Shown: positions 27,840-38,009, counted from the first letter of the stretch. The stretch: DNA of 64,000 bases from Oscillospiraceae bacterium (GCA_035380125.1 DAOSWV010000009.1:7304-71303); one strand, 5' to 3'. Numbers and translations: made by a program. The notes: generated by a model from the sequence alone, not told the origin.

Positions 27840-28856
27840 ATGAAAAAATTCACTGTTGCCCGTAACGACAATTTCTATCAGGCGTTCCCCGATGTCACCC
27901 TCTTCGGACAGACGCTCTACTGCGTTTTTACCCGTACCACACACCATGGTGATCGCCTTGATTCGCGCATCATGCTGACCACCAGCGTTGACCGCGGTCA
28001 GAGCTGGAGCGAACCGGAAGTTTTGATGGGCGAAGGCGATCATGCCATTGAAGACGGTTATTTCAACTGCGCCCGTATTTCGATCGTCAACGGCGAACTG
28101 GCTGTCATCGCGGATCGGGTCTTCGGCGGCGAAGCGAAAGACATGGCGGATAACTATATTATGTTCTCCAAAGACGGCAAAAAATGGACCAAGCCCCACA
28201 ACACCGGCTGCAAAGGCATCGTACCGGATAAACTGCTTGAATACAAAGGAACCGTGCTGCTTTCCGCACACCGCAAAGTTGACGGTTATCTGCGCCAGTT
28301 TTTGTGGATCAGCGAAGACGGCTGCAAGACCTGGGGCGACCGTATTACATTGGGTTCGGTCGACGGTCTGAACCTGTGTGAAGTTTCGATTTTGCCGCTG
28401 GGCGATGACCTTGTCGCTTTTATGCGCGAAAATTCCGGCCTCGGTTACGATTGCCAGAAAACCGTCTCCCATGACGGCGGCAAAACCTGGGGCAAGGTCA
28501 GCTGCTTCCCGCTGCCCGGCTGCCACCGTCCCGTCAGCGGCGTTTTAAACAGCGGAAACATTCTGATCACCCACCGCTTTATGCAGGGTGGTAAGGGCTG
28601 GGTCGGTTTCTGGACTCAAAACTTCTTCGCGGGTCTGACCAACAAGGAATCCGCACTGGCCGAGGAACGTAATCAATGCTCCACCCGTATCATGCCGATC
28701 GATTATGACCGCAGCGCCGTCTCCGATATCGGTTACTCGGGTTGGGTACAGTTCCCCGACGGCGAAATTATCATTATCTACTACATTGTAGACGACGCGC
28801 CGAAAGGTCAGATTCGGGGTTGTTCGCTTCATGAACATGAATTTTTAATCAAATAA
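27840..28856 (+). CDS. BNR/Asp-box beta-propeller protein, copy B (tandem paralog of 26774-27790)
   Basis: Same length as copy A. I count about 28 substitutions and no indels against it. The leader and RBS are duplicated too (GCTGCGAAAGGAAG.CATTC..CATG). Confidence 0.75.
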   Translation: MKKFTVARNDNFYQAFPDVTLFGQTLYCVFTRTTHHGDRLDSRIMLTTSVDRGQSWSEPEVLMGEGDHAIEDGYFNCARISIVNGELAVIADRVFGGEAKDMADNYIMFSKDGKKWTKPHNTGCKGIVPDKLLEYKGTVLLSAHRKVDGYLRQFLWISEDGCKTWGDRITLGSVDGLNLCEVSILPLGDDLVAFMRENSGLGYDCQKTVSHDGGKTWGKVSCFPLPGCHRPVSGVLNSGNILITHRFMQGGKGWVGFWTQNFFAGLTNKESALAEERNQCSTRIMPIDYDRSAVSDIGYSGWVQFPDGEIIIIYYIVDDAPKGQIRGCSLHEHEFLIK

Positions 28857-28873
28857 TCAAGAAATTAAGGAGA

Positions 28874-30214
28874 ATGACAATGAATACTGACGAACTGGAA
28901 AAGAAACTGCGCGATGCGGCAAATGAGATCGCTGTTTTCGTCAAGGACGGCACCGCGGAAGCCAAAATTTACGGCGCATACAAACTGGCGAAGGATGCTT
29001 ACGCCGCCATCGGCGTCGATACCGACGCCGCCATCGCCAAAATCGATACCGTTGACCTGTCCCTGCACTGCTGGCAGGGCGACGACGTATCCGGTTTCGA
29101 ACACGAGGATACCGCGCTGACCGGCGGCATTATGGCCACCGGCAACTACCCCGGAAAAGCGCGCAACTCCGAACAGCTCTTCGCCGACCTCGAAAAGACC
29201 ATCTCGATGATCCCCGGCCCCAAAAAGGTCAATGTCCACGCCAACTACATCACCTCCAAAGAAAAACCCGACCGCGACGCCATTGAGCCGGAGAACTTTT
29301 CCGGCTGGGCCGACTGGGCTGTCGCCAACAAGGTCGGTCTCGACTTCAACTCGACGTTTTTTTCCCACCCCAACGCAGACAGCGGTTACACGCTGGCCTC
29401 GGCGGACGACAGCATCCGCAATTTCTGGATTGAACATGCCATCCGCAGCCGCCGCGTAGGTGAATATTTCGGGCGGAAAACCGGCAAACTCTGTATTGTA
29501 AACCACTGGATTCCCGACGGCAGCAAGGACAACCCCATCGACAAACTTTCTCCGCGCGAACGGTTGATCGACTCCTATGACCGCATTTTCCGCGAACATT
29601 TGAATCCGGCCTACACCAAGGACTCGGTCGAGTCGAAACTCTTCGGCATCGGCAGCGAGGCCTATGTCCCCGGGTCGCACGAGTTTTATATGGGCTATGC
29701 GCTCTCGCGCAAAAACACGATGGTCACGCTCGACACCGGACACTTCCATCCGACCGAATCGGTCGCGCAGAAGCTGTCTTCCCTGCTTTGCTTCCTGCCC
29801 GAAGTGCTGCTGCACGTCTCGCGCCCCATCCGCTGGGACTCCGACCACGTGGTCATCATGGACGACGAACTGCGCGCGCTGATGAGCGAAATCGTGCGCT
29901 GCAACGCGCTCTCCCGCACTTATATCGCAACCGATTATTTCGACGCCTCCATCAACCGGCTTGCCGCCTGGATTGTCGGCGCGCGCAACACCAAGAAGAT
30001 GCTGCTCAACGCACTGCTCGAACCGGTCGCCGATTTGAAAGCCGCCGAACTCGCCGGAGACAACACCGCGCGGCTGGCGCTGACCGAGGAATACAAATCC
30101 TATCCGCTCGGTGCCGTCTGGGATTACTATTGCCTGACCAAGAATGTGCCGGTGCGCGGCGCGTGGTTGGAAGAAGTCAAAAAATACGAGGCCGACGTGT
30201 TGGCGAAGAGATAA
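28874..30214 (+). CDS. rhaA: L-rhamnose isomerase
   Basis: 446 aa with LHCWQGDDVSGFE and WDSDHVV motifs typical of RhaA. The start may instead be the second ATG at 28880. Confidence 0.9.
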   Translation: MTMNTDELEKKLRDAANEIAVFVKDGTAEAKIYGAYKLAKDAYAAIGVDTDAAIAKIDTVDLSLHCWQGDDVSGFEHEDTALTGGIMATGNYPGKARNSEQLFADLEKTISMIPGPKKVNVHANYITSKEKPDRDAIEPENFSGWADWAVANKVGLDFNSTFFSHPNADSGYTLASADDSIRNFWIEHAIRSRRVGEYFGRKTGKLCIVNHWIPDGSKDNPIDKLSPRERLIDSYDRIFREHLNPAYTKDSVESKLFGIGSEAYVPGSHEFYMGYALSRKNTMVTLDTGHFHPTESVAQKLSSLLCFLPEVLLHVSRPIRWDSDHVVIMDDELRALMSEIVRCNALSRTYIATDYFDASINRLAAWIVGARNTKKMLLNALLEPVADLKAAELAGDNTARLALTEEYKSYPLGAVWDYYCLTKNVPVRGAWLEEVKKYEADVLAKR

Positions 30215-30271
30215 GTGCCATATCACAGGATTCATCGGTTGTATACCTGGGATGATTCCCGAATAATACGC

Positions 30272-30290
30272 GGGCGAACGCAGTTCGCCC
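30272..30290. repeat. REP-type hairpin inside the rha operon (rhaA-rhaEW spacer)
   Basis: GGGCGAAC-GCA-GTTCGCCC, the same hairpin type as 60239-60257. Confidence 0.6.
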
Positions 30291-30333
30291 CACGGTTTCC
30301 ATGAATTTTCACACATAAGAAAGGTCGAATATC

Positions 30334-32277
30334 ATGTCACTTGAGACCATTGCAAAGATTTCAAACAAATACGGGGCAAATCCCGAATATGTGCTGGCCG
30401 GCGGCGGCAACACGTCGTTTAAAGATGCCGACTTCCTCTATATCAAGGGGTCGGGCACTTCACTCGCCACGATTAAGCCCGAGGGTTTCGTCAAGCTCGA
30501 CCGCAAGGCGCTGGCGGCAATTTTTGAAAAGAAATACCCGACCGGTCGTGACGAGCGTGAAGCCGCGGTGCTGGCCGACATGATGGCAGCCCGTGTTCCC
30601 GGCGAGACCAAACGTCCCAGCGTTGAGACGCTGCTGCACGACGCGATTCCGTCCAAATATGTGCTGCATCTGCATCCCGCCGAAATCAACGGCATGACCT
30701 GCGGCAAAAACGGCAGCGCGATTTTTGAAAAGCTCTTCGGCGACCGGGGTATCTGGGTGCGTCCGATCATGCCCGGCTATATTCTCGCAACCGAGATTGC
30801 CGGGGAAATCAAGGCGTTTGCCGAGAAAAACGGTAAAAACCCTGATTACATCCTGCTTGAAAACCACGGGATTTTCCTCGGCGGTGAAAGCGAAGACGAA
30901 CTCGACCGCAAATTTTCCGACTTCCTCTCCGTGCTGCGTACCGCGATTGTGAAAAAGCCGGATTTCTCGAAAATTTCGTTTGATCTCGAGACGGCCGCCA
31001 TGTTGGGCGCGGCGATCCGCGGAATCACGGGCGGAGACGGTTTCGCGGTCTTCTGCACCGATTTCGAAATCGCAAAGTTTGTACAAAACAAAGCTGAATT
31101 TTCGAAAATTTATACCTCCTTTTCACCCGACCACATGGTCTATTGCAAGGGTGAAACCGTTTTCTGCGCGCCCGATGCCGATTCCCTTTCTAAAGCCATC
31201 GGCGATTATCAGAAGCGCACAAACGGTATGCCGAAAATCGTGGGCGTTGAGGGACTTGGATATTACGCGATCGGTCCGACCAAAAAAGAGGCCGACATTG
31301 CGGCGGCGGTCTTCAAAGACGCCATCAAGGTCGCGGTGTTCGCCGAGAATTTCGGCGGCGGAAAACCCCTGCCCGAGGAACTGATTCTCGCCATCAGCGG
31401 CTGGGAAGTCGAGCGTTACCGCAAGAGCGTGGCGTTTTCCGGAGCGCAGCAAAAACGCGCACAGAATAAAATCGTGCTCGTGACCGGCAGCGCGCAGGGA
31501 TTCGGCAAGGGTATCGCCGAGGATTTGGCCAAAGAAGGCGCGGTGATCGCGGTGGCCGACCTCAACTACGAGGGTGCCTGCGAAGTCGCGGAAGAACTCT
31601 GCCAAAATTACGGCGCGGGTACCGCCATCGGCATCTCGGCCAACGTCGGCGACGAGGACAGCGTGCGTGAGATGATTTACAAGACCGTGTGCGAATACGG
31701 CGGTCTCGATGCGCTGGTTTCTAACGCGGGCATCGTGCGGGCGGGTTCGCTCGACGAGATGACGCTGGCCAACTTTGAGCTCAGCACCAAAATCAACTAC
31801 ACGGCGTTTTTCCTGTGTTCCAAGTACGCTTCCAAGGTCATGAAAGCCACAAATAAATACGCATCGTATAAAATGGCAGATATTATACAAATTAACTCCA
31901 AATCCGGACTCACCGGCTCGAATAAAAACTTTGCTTACGCGGGTTCCAAGTTCGGCGGTCTCGGACTGGTGCAGAGCTTCGCGCTCGAACTTGCCCCCGA
32001 ACGCATCAAGGTCAACGCCATCTGCCCCGGCAACTTCCTCGACGGGCCGCTTTGGACCGATCCCGTTAAGGGGTTATTCGTGCAGTATCTGGCGGCGGGG
32101 AAAGTGCCCGGCGCGAAGACCGTGGAAGACGTGAAAAAGTCCTACGAATCTAAGGTACCGCTCGGACGCGGCTGTCTGGTGAAAGACGTCGTGCGCGCCA
32201 TCCTCTACATCATGGAACAGGAATACGAGACCGGTCAGGCCGTTCCCGTCACCGGCGGTCAGGAAATGCTGCATTAA
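30334..32277 (+). CDS. rhaEW: Bifunctional rhamnulose-1-phosphate aldolase / short-chain dehydrogenase (YuxG/RhaEW type)
   Basis: 647 aa. An N-terminal class II aldolase-like region joined to a C-terminal SDR (TGSAQGFGKGIA Rossmann motif, YAGSK catalytic motif). Confidence 0.88.
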   Translation: MSLETIAKISNKYGANPEYVLAGGGNTSFKDADFLYIKGSGTSLATIKPEGFVKLDRKALAAIFEKKYPTGRDEREAAVLADMMAARVPGETKRPSVETLLHDAIPSKYVLHLHPAEINGMTCGKNGSAIFEKLFGDRGIWVRPIMPGYILATEIAGEIKAFAEKNGKNPDYILLENHGIFLGGESEDELDRKFSDFLSVLRTAIVKKPDFSKISFDLETAAMLGAAIRGITGGDGFAVFCTDFEIAKFVQNKAEFSKIYTSFSPDHMVYCKGETVFCAPDADSLSKAIGDYQKRTNGMPKIVGVEGLGYYAIGPTKKEADIAAAVFKDAIKVAVFAENFGGGKPLPEELILAISGWEVERYRKSVAFSGAQQKRAQNKIVLVTGSAQGFGKGIAEDLAKEGAVIAVADLNYEGACEVAEELCQNYGAGTAIGISANVGDEDSVREMIYKTVCEYGGLDALVSNAGIVRAGSLDEMTLANFELSTKINYTAFFLCSKYASKVMKATNKYASYKMADIIQINSKSGLTGSNKNFAYAGSKFGGLGLVQSFALELAPERIKVNAICPGNFLDGPLWTDPVKGLFVQYLAAGKVPGAKTVEDVKKSYESKVPLGRGCLVKDVVRAILYIMEQEYETGQAVPVTGGQEMLH

Positions 32278-32355
32278 AAGCTCATGGTAAGACATTAGGC
32301 GTTGGAAGCTGTTCCAACCTTCGATCTCTTATCACCGATATCCCAAAAAATTTGT

Positions 32356-32416
32356 CCGCACCGTCGCGAACCTCGCCTGAAACTTCAAGGCAGGTCTTGC
32401 GTCGGTGCGGTTTTTT
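32356..32416 (+). terminator. Putative intrinsic terminator after rhaEW
   Basis: Outer stem CCGCACCG / CGGTGCGG enclosing a branched interior, followed by TTTTTT. Confidence 0.55.
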
Positions 32417-32426
32417 GTGTTATGAT
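32397..32426 (+). promoter_or_regulatory. Putative promoter of the lipoprotein triplet
   Basis: TTGCGT (32397-32402), an 18-nt spacer, then TGtTATGAT (extended -10, 32418-32426). It overlaps the 3' half of the terminator. Confidence 0.4.
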
Positions 32427-32489
32427 GGGAATATTAGGTTTACATTTGTCGGAAAACGGGAAATCGGTGATTGAAAGGGAACCATTGCT

Positions 32490-34202
32490 ATGGTTAAGGG
32501 GAAACGGATTGTTTCGCTGGTTTTGGCGCTCGCGTTGTTTGCCGGGCTGTCCGGGTGTGCGGAACAAATTCAGAGCAGTGAGATTGAATCGGCGGTTTCG
32601 GATGAGAGTTCGGCGGTAAGCTCAACGAACTCATCTGTTTTGAGTGCGGTTTCCTCAAGCGAACCGCTCTCGGAAACAAGCGAATCCGTTTCGGAGTCAT
32701 ATATCTCCGAAGACGGATTCGAGGACAGTCGAATTATCAATACCGTGTTTACCAGAGAAGCTCTTGCAAATAATCCTTTGACTTCAACGGAGGGCGGTAT
32801 GGAAGCATCGAAGAAATGGGCCGCTTTGTTTGTTGAAGAAAATTATAAGGATTTTGAACCGTACGATATCACAATCAAATACAGATTCTATTGGGATGAA
32901 ATTTATATTTTATACACCGTATCTGGAGATAAAAAATGCTTTGCAATTATTTATTATACTATCAATTTTAACACAAAATTGGATTTGAGAGAATCGGGTT
33001 TATCTTGGCCAAACCCTCATTTTCATTTACAAGTTGTGATGAAAAACGATAGCGATCAATATTCATTAATCGGGTTTGTGACCAACCAAGATAAAAGTGT
33101 TGAAAATTCTTCTGAGCTTGTCGATTTTATATCGGGAGTTCCGGGCTATGAGTCAACAGTATTTTCTTTTCTTGACTCGCCGGATCCGATTGATCTAAAT
33201 ACTCTCGGTACGGATTTTATTGAAAAGTCCATCGGCGAATCCGGCCTTTCGGTGATTAATTTATCCGCATTTGTCGGAGATTTGAAAATTCGCGATTTGC
33301 ATTATTTCCCCGACAACGTTTTAGCGGTTTTGGTTTCCGATGCAAATGAGCAAAAGAAAATCATGGTTTTCGCCGCAGAGGAAATGGAGTTTTTATACGA
33401 AATAGCGATTGAAGACTCTAATCCGAATTATTTATCGATACAAAAAATCAACCAAGAAACAATTTTACGGCTTGAAATCGATGGTGCCGATCATTATTAT
33501 ACGATTACGCAGTCAGGCCTATCGGAATTTGCACAGGATCGGTTTACCAGATATCGGTTGTCATATAATGCTTATATTATCGAAGAGAAAAACAATCTTG
33601 TTTTAGAACAAAACGGTAAAAGGGAAATCCTCCTTGAAGGCATTTATCCCGAAGATGACGACGATGATACGACATGGAATTGTTATTTTTATTATTGCCG
33701 GATTAATAACACGCGGTTCATCTATAAAAACAACGGTTATGAATGGTTCAATGAATGTGGAGTTTTTGACATCGCAACCGGAGAGGCCACTGTTTTTACG
33801 CATAAAGACGCCCCTCGCTTATATATAAAAGCTTATACAGACGGAAAAGCAATATTGATTCCCGATGACTGGAGCTATTTTCTCTCAATTGGGCCTTATT
33901 TGTATGATGAGTCCACAGGGGAATTAACCGACTTGCATTGGCTCGATGGAACTTATTCCGATGGCTATTATTCATCCTTTGCCCTTTCCGGAAATCTGCT
34001 TGCGGTTGTAATTGAGGATTATCCTCTGGATTCGTTTCGCATTTTTGATTTGACCACTCAAACAGAGATTCTGAATATTCCGTTTATACAAACCCAAAAC
34101 AATTACTTGGAAGCATATTCTTTTTGTGCAACCGAGAATTATTTTTGGTTTTCTTCGGAATATTCGAATTATTATCTTTTCCGTTTTCCGATTGAGAGGT
34201 GA
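32490..34202 (+). CDS. Paralogous lipoprotein 1 (uncharacterised family)
   Basis: Signal and lipobox VSLVLALALFAGLSGC, then a Ser-rich linker. The body is AT-rich. It shares C-terminal motifs with the next two genes. Confidence 0.8.
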   Translation: MVKGKRIVSLVLALALFAGLSGCAEQIQSSEIESAVSDESSAVSSTNSSVLSAVSSSEPLSETSESVSESYISEDGFEDSRIINTVFTREALANNPLTSTEGGMEASKKWAALFVEENYKDFEPYDITIKYRFYWDEIYILYTVSGDKKCFAIIYYTINFNTKLDLRESGLSWPNPHFHLQVVMKNDSDQYSLIGFVTNQDKSVENSSELVDFISGVPGYESTVFSFLDSPDPIDLNTLGTDFIEKSIGESGLSVINLSAFVGDLKIRDLHYFPDNVLAVLVSDANEQKKIMVFAAEEMEFLYEIAIEDSNPNYLSIQKINQETILRLEIDGADHYYTITQSGLSEFAQDRFTRYRLSYNAYIIEEKNNLVLEQNGKREILLEGIYPEDDDDDTTWNCYFYYCRINNTRFIYKNNGYEWFNECGVFDIATGEATVFTHKDAPRLYIKAYTDGKAILIPDDWSYFLSIGPYLYDESTGELTDLHWLDGTYSDGYYSSFALSGNLLAVVIEDYPLDSFRIFDLTTQTEILNIPFIQTQNNYLEAYSFCATENYFWFSSEYSNYYLFRFPIER

Positions 34203-34210
34203 CGTATTAT

Positions 34211-36382
34211 ATGTCGAATTTCAAAAAGATTGCTTCGGTGGTTTTGGCGCTCGCTTTGTTTGCCGGGTTATTCGGATGTGCGGAGCAAATTCAGAGTGGT
34301 GAGATTGAATCGGCGGTTTCAAGTGAAATTACATCCGGCGAATCAACCTCTTCGGTTGAATATGTCCCGCTGGATCGATTTGAGGACGAAAATATTATCA
34401 ATACCGAATGCACGCGGGAAAAACTTGCGCAAACTGTGGTTTCCGCAAAATCCGCCGAATCCGAGTATTGGACGATAAAATTTGTCAGCAGCAATTTTCA
34501 GGCCTATTCCCCTTATTCTATCACCGCAACATCTGCTTTCAATAAGGATAATCCCGTGCTCAAATTTTCATTTCTCAACGGTCGGGAATTACACCGATTT
34601 ATAACCGAAACTTATTCGGTTCGGTTTAAGACCTTAATTCCTTATGAAGGACTGCCCTTAGACGAAAAGGGTTATTACAGCTTTGAGATTCAGCTCGTTA
34701 TGGAACAAAGTGATGACTGTACAAAACTTTTAGGGTATGTCACCAGCCGGACAGATCAAATAAAAACCCCCTCGGATGCAGTGGATTTTCTGAGCATGAT
34801 ACCCGCATATCGGGAATTGCAGTATCCTCCGAAATCGTCCGGGCAGGAAAGCGGTTGGTTTGGAGAAGGGTCGATTATAAACACCGTATACACAAGGATG
34901 TCTCTTTCTGAAAATCCCGTGACTTCGTCTTATGGTTATAGTTCGACGATTTTAGATTGGATCGATTTGTTTATCATTGGGAACTACAATTCTTTTTCGT
35001 CACGTTGGGCTACCACTTTTTCAGAGCAATTTTTTACACTTGATACAATAACCGGCGAAAAAGAATATTTTACAACTTTGAATTGTGTCACCGAATTTAA
35101 ATCCGATATTGAACCGGTGGGGTTGGAATATGACGACGGCAGCTATGAGATCAGTTTTCAAATGGTGATAAAAACGAGCGAAATTTACTATAAAGGGCCT
35201 TTTACGCTGATCGGATTTGTGACCAATCAAGAACGACAGATCATCGAGCCGCTGGAATTGTACGATTTTATAAAAGATGTACCTCGTTATAAAGACACCG
35301 ACTTTATTGTTCCCGAACCGATGAAATTTGTTAAATTGGATTCTCTGGGCTATGACTTTACCGAAACCATTGTGGACGAAGCTACCGGACTTTCGGTTGT
35401 GAATTTACACTCGTTAACCGGCGGGTTGAAGGTTGATGATTTTACGTTCTTCCCCGGCGATTTATTGGCGGTTTTAGCAGTGGATCCCGAAGTTCAAAAT
35501 GAAAAAGTGTTGATGGTATTCAATGCTGATGATCTTCAGCTGCTTTACCAAAAGACCTTTTCTTATCCTTCTGGCACCTACCCGGCCGGCGGTCATGCGG
35601 AGTTTTATAAAATCAACGGAACGCTCGTTTTAGAGCAAAAACTTGGCAATGAGAATTATAAATATTTTATCCCTGAAAAGACCGGTGTTTCGGAAATACC
35701 GAAACCGATTGCAAGATATAGGCTGTCTGATTCCGCTTTTATCGTTGAGGAAAAGAATTGTCTCTATCTTGAACAAAACGGTAAACAAAAACTTCTTCTT
35801 GAAGGTATTGATGAAGATAGCGTTGACAGCGAGGGTTACAGATTTATACACCGAATCAGCGATACGCGGTTTATTTACGAATTAATGGGCTATGAGTGGC
35901 TCGTTGAATGCGGTATCTATGACATAGAAACCGGTGAAAAGACGGTTTTCACACACGAAAATGCCCCGTTGTTGGACATCGAGGCCTATAACGACGGTAA
36001 AGCGATTTTAGTTGCAGATACCTGGTGTGGTCCCGAATATGAGTCATACGGACCCTATTTATACGATGAGTTATCCGGGGAACTGATTGATTTGGCTTTG
36101 CTGAATATCCAGCCCGATGAGACCATGATAAACCCGCTTTTCTATGTTCTCGGAAATACTCTTGTGATTTTTATAAAGAATGATCCTGTTTCAACCCTTT
36201 GTTTTTACAATCTTTCTTTAAAAACACAGATCGTGCAATTCGGTATTTTCTCTAGCCAAGAATATGCATTGAATTATTCCCACTACAACAGCGGGTTATA
36301 TACCACTGAGAATTATATTTGGTTTAATTCGGTCTATGATTTCCCGGCGGATTATCTCCTGCGAATTCCGATAGAGAGGTAA
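34211..36382 (+). CDS. Paralogous lipoprotein 2 (N-domain duplicated)
   Basis: Signal and lipobox ASVVLALALFAGLFGC. It has two copies of the N-domain ending in ..G(Y/F)VT..(Q/R)......(V/Y)DF(L/I)...P.Y. Start is ATG 34211 behind GAGAGG. Confidence 0.8.
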   Translation: MSNFKKIASVVLALALFAGLFGCAEQIQSGEIESAVSSEITSGESTSSVEYVPLDRFEDENIINTECTREKLAQTVVSAKSAESEYWTIKFVSSNFQAYSPYSITATSAFNKDNPVLKFSFLNGRELHRFITETYSVRFKTLIPYEGLPLDEKGYYSFEIQLVMEQSDDCTKLLGYVTSRTDQIKTPSDAVDFLSMIPAYRELQYPPKSSGQESGWFGEGSIINTVYTRMSLSENPVTSSYGYSSTILDWIDLFIIGNYNSFSSRWATTFSEQFFTLDTITGEKEYFTTLNCVTEFKSDIEPVGLEYDDGSYEISFQMVIKTSEIYYKGPFTLIGFVTNQERQIIEPLELYDFIKDVPRYKDTDFIVPEPMKFVKLDSLGYDFTETIVDEATGLSVVNLHSLTGGLKVDDFTFFPGDLLAVLAVDPEVQNEKVLMVFNADDLQLLYQKTFSYPSGTYPAGGHAEFYKINGTLVLEQKLGNENYKYFIPEKTGVSEIPKPIARYRLSDSAFIVEEKNCLYLEQNGKQKLLLEGIDEDSVDSEGYRFIHRISDTRFIYELMGYEWLVECGIYDIETGEKTVFTHENAPLLDIEAYNDGKAILVADTWCGPEYESYGPYLYDELSGELIDLALLNIQPDETMINPLFYVLGNTLVIFIKNDPVSTLCFYNLSLKTQIVQFGIFSSQEYALNYSHYNSGLYTTENYIWFNSVYDFPADYLLRIPIER

Positions 36383-36391
36383 CGAATTAAT

Positions 36392-38005
36392 ATGATTAAA
36401 AGAAAAAAGGTTGTTTCGCTGGTTTTGGCGCTCGCGTTGTTTGCCGGGTTATTCGGGTGTGCGGGACAGGCGCAAAGCAACGAGGTTGAATCGGCGGTTT
36501 CGGAGGGAAGTTCGATGATATCGAGCGAATCAACCTCTTCGGTTGAATATGTCCCGCTGGATCGATTTGAGGATGCAAATATTATCAATATCGTTTATAC
36601 GAGAAAATATCTTAAGGAAAACGAGATGATAATAAATCATGATGCCGCATATGCCTCAAATGAATGGTCATTAATGTTTATTAAAGATAATTATAAGAAT
36701 TATTCTCCGTACAATATCAGCTGTGAATATAAAGCTTTGGAATCATATAGTCCATATGATTATAATAATTGTGACGCCGAATTTACACTCTTCGTCTACT
36801 ATATTGAGTTTCATACCAAAACAGCTCTTAAAGAGCTGTCACCGGATGAAAGCGGGGGTTATAGTTTTTATTTACAGGTTGTAATGAAAAAAATTGATTT
36901 CTATAAGCAATCACTTTTGGGCTTTGTCACCAGTCAAACGCGGCAAATTGACAATGCCAGGGATTTGGCAGAGTTTTTAAAGAAAATTTCAGGATATGAA
37001 TGCTTAGAGCTTAAAAGACCTGTAATACCGGAAACCTTACCAGAAAATATAGAAATTATTTATTCTGCCGATTTTACGAATCTCCATATTACAGATAAAT
37101 TTATCGTAAAGGATACCATTTACTTTTTTGGTATGGAACCCTGTTACTGGCTCACCGGCAAAACGGATTTGATTTTACAAACCTTTTCTTTGCCTGATTT
37201 TCGGTTTCTTTATGAATACCATTTTTCTTTTTACGATGACAGAATTAATTCAATGGATGATGAGGGTATCATTATTAAACGCAAGAATGAACAAGGAAAT
37301 ATCTATTTCCATGCTACTGAAACCGGAGTTTCGCAGCTACCACCTACGCCGGACAGTGAAAAGGACTTATACCGTCTCTCTGAAACTGCAGCAATTCGAG
37401 AAAATGATGATGGTGATCTTTTGCTTGAACAAAACGGAAAAACTGTTATTTTGTTCGATGGTACCCCCTATACAGAGAACGCTTCTTCGGATATCTGCAC
37501 TTATTATTTTTATTATCGCGTGAACGACTCCGCTTTTATTTATATGAGCTATGGTTACGAATGGTGGATAAATTGCGGTATTTATGATATAGCGACAAGA
37601 ACCAACACCGTCTTTTCTCACGAAAACGCGGCTGATATTTGGCCAATTGCAGTAGGAAATAATAAGGTTATACTTGCCGCAGACGCCTATGAGTGGTATA
37701 CTTCATATGGGCCGTATGTCTATGATGCGGTAACCGGAGAAATTTCCGATTTAAATTGGTTCTCAAAAAAATTTGAGGAGGATTACGAACCGGTCATTGA
37801 TCTTTTCGGCGATAAATTAATCGCATTTTCAGAGGAGAATTCAGAATATGTCATCCGGGTTTGTGATTTGAGCACCGATACAAAACCCACTGTTTATCGG
37901 TTTTCGAGAGAAAGGGTAGGTTTGCCCTTAGGGATATATCAAACCGAAGATTCGTTATGGTTTTTTATTCGTTCATGTATTTTCCGAATGAAATCAGAAA
38001 GGTAA
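36392..38005 (+). CDS. Paralogous lipoprotein 3
   Basis: Signal and lipobox VSLVLALALFAGLFGC. 5' DNA is nearly identical to the paralogs and the body is divergent and AT-rich. Confidence 0.8.
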   Translation: MIKRKKVVSLVLALALFAGLFGCAGQAQSNEVESAVSEGSSMISSESTSSVEYVPLDRFEDANIINIVYTRKYLKENEMIINHDAAYASNEWSLMFIKDNYKNYSPYNISCEYKALESYSPYDYNNCDAEFTLFVYYIEFHTKTALKELSPDESGGYSFYLQVVMKKIDFYKQSLLGFVTSQTRQIDNARDLAEFLKKISGYECLELKRPVIPETLPENIEIIYSADFTNLHITDKFIVKDTIYFFGMEPCYWLTGKTDLILQTFSLPDFRFLYEYHFSFYDDRINSMDDEGIIIKRKNEQGNIYFHATETGVSQLPPTPDSEKDLYRLSETAAIRENDDGDLLLEQNGKTVILFDGTPYTENASSDICTYYFYYRVNDSAFIYMSYGYEWWINCGIYDIATRTNTVFSHENAADIWPIAVGNNKVILAADAYEWYTSYGPYVYDAVTGEISDLNWFSKKFEEDYEPVIDLFGDKLIAFSEENSEYVIRVCDLSTDTKPTVYRFSRERVGLPLGIYQTEDSLWFFIRSCIFRMKSER

Positions 38006-38009
38006 TAAA

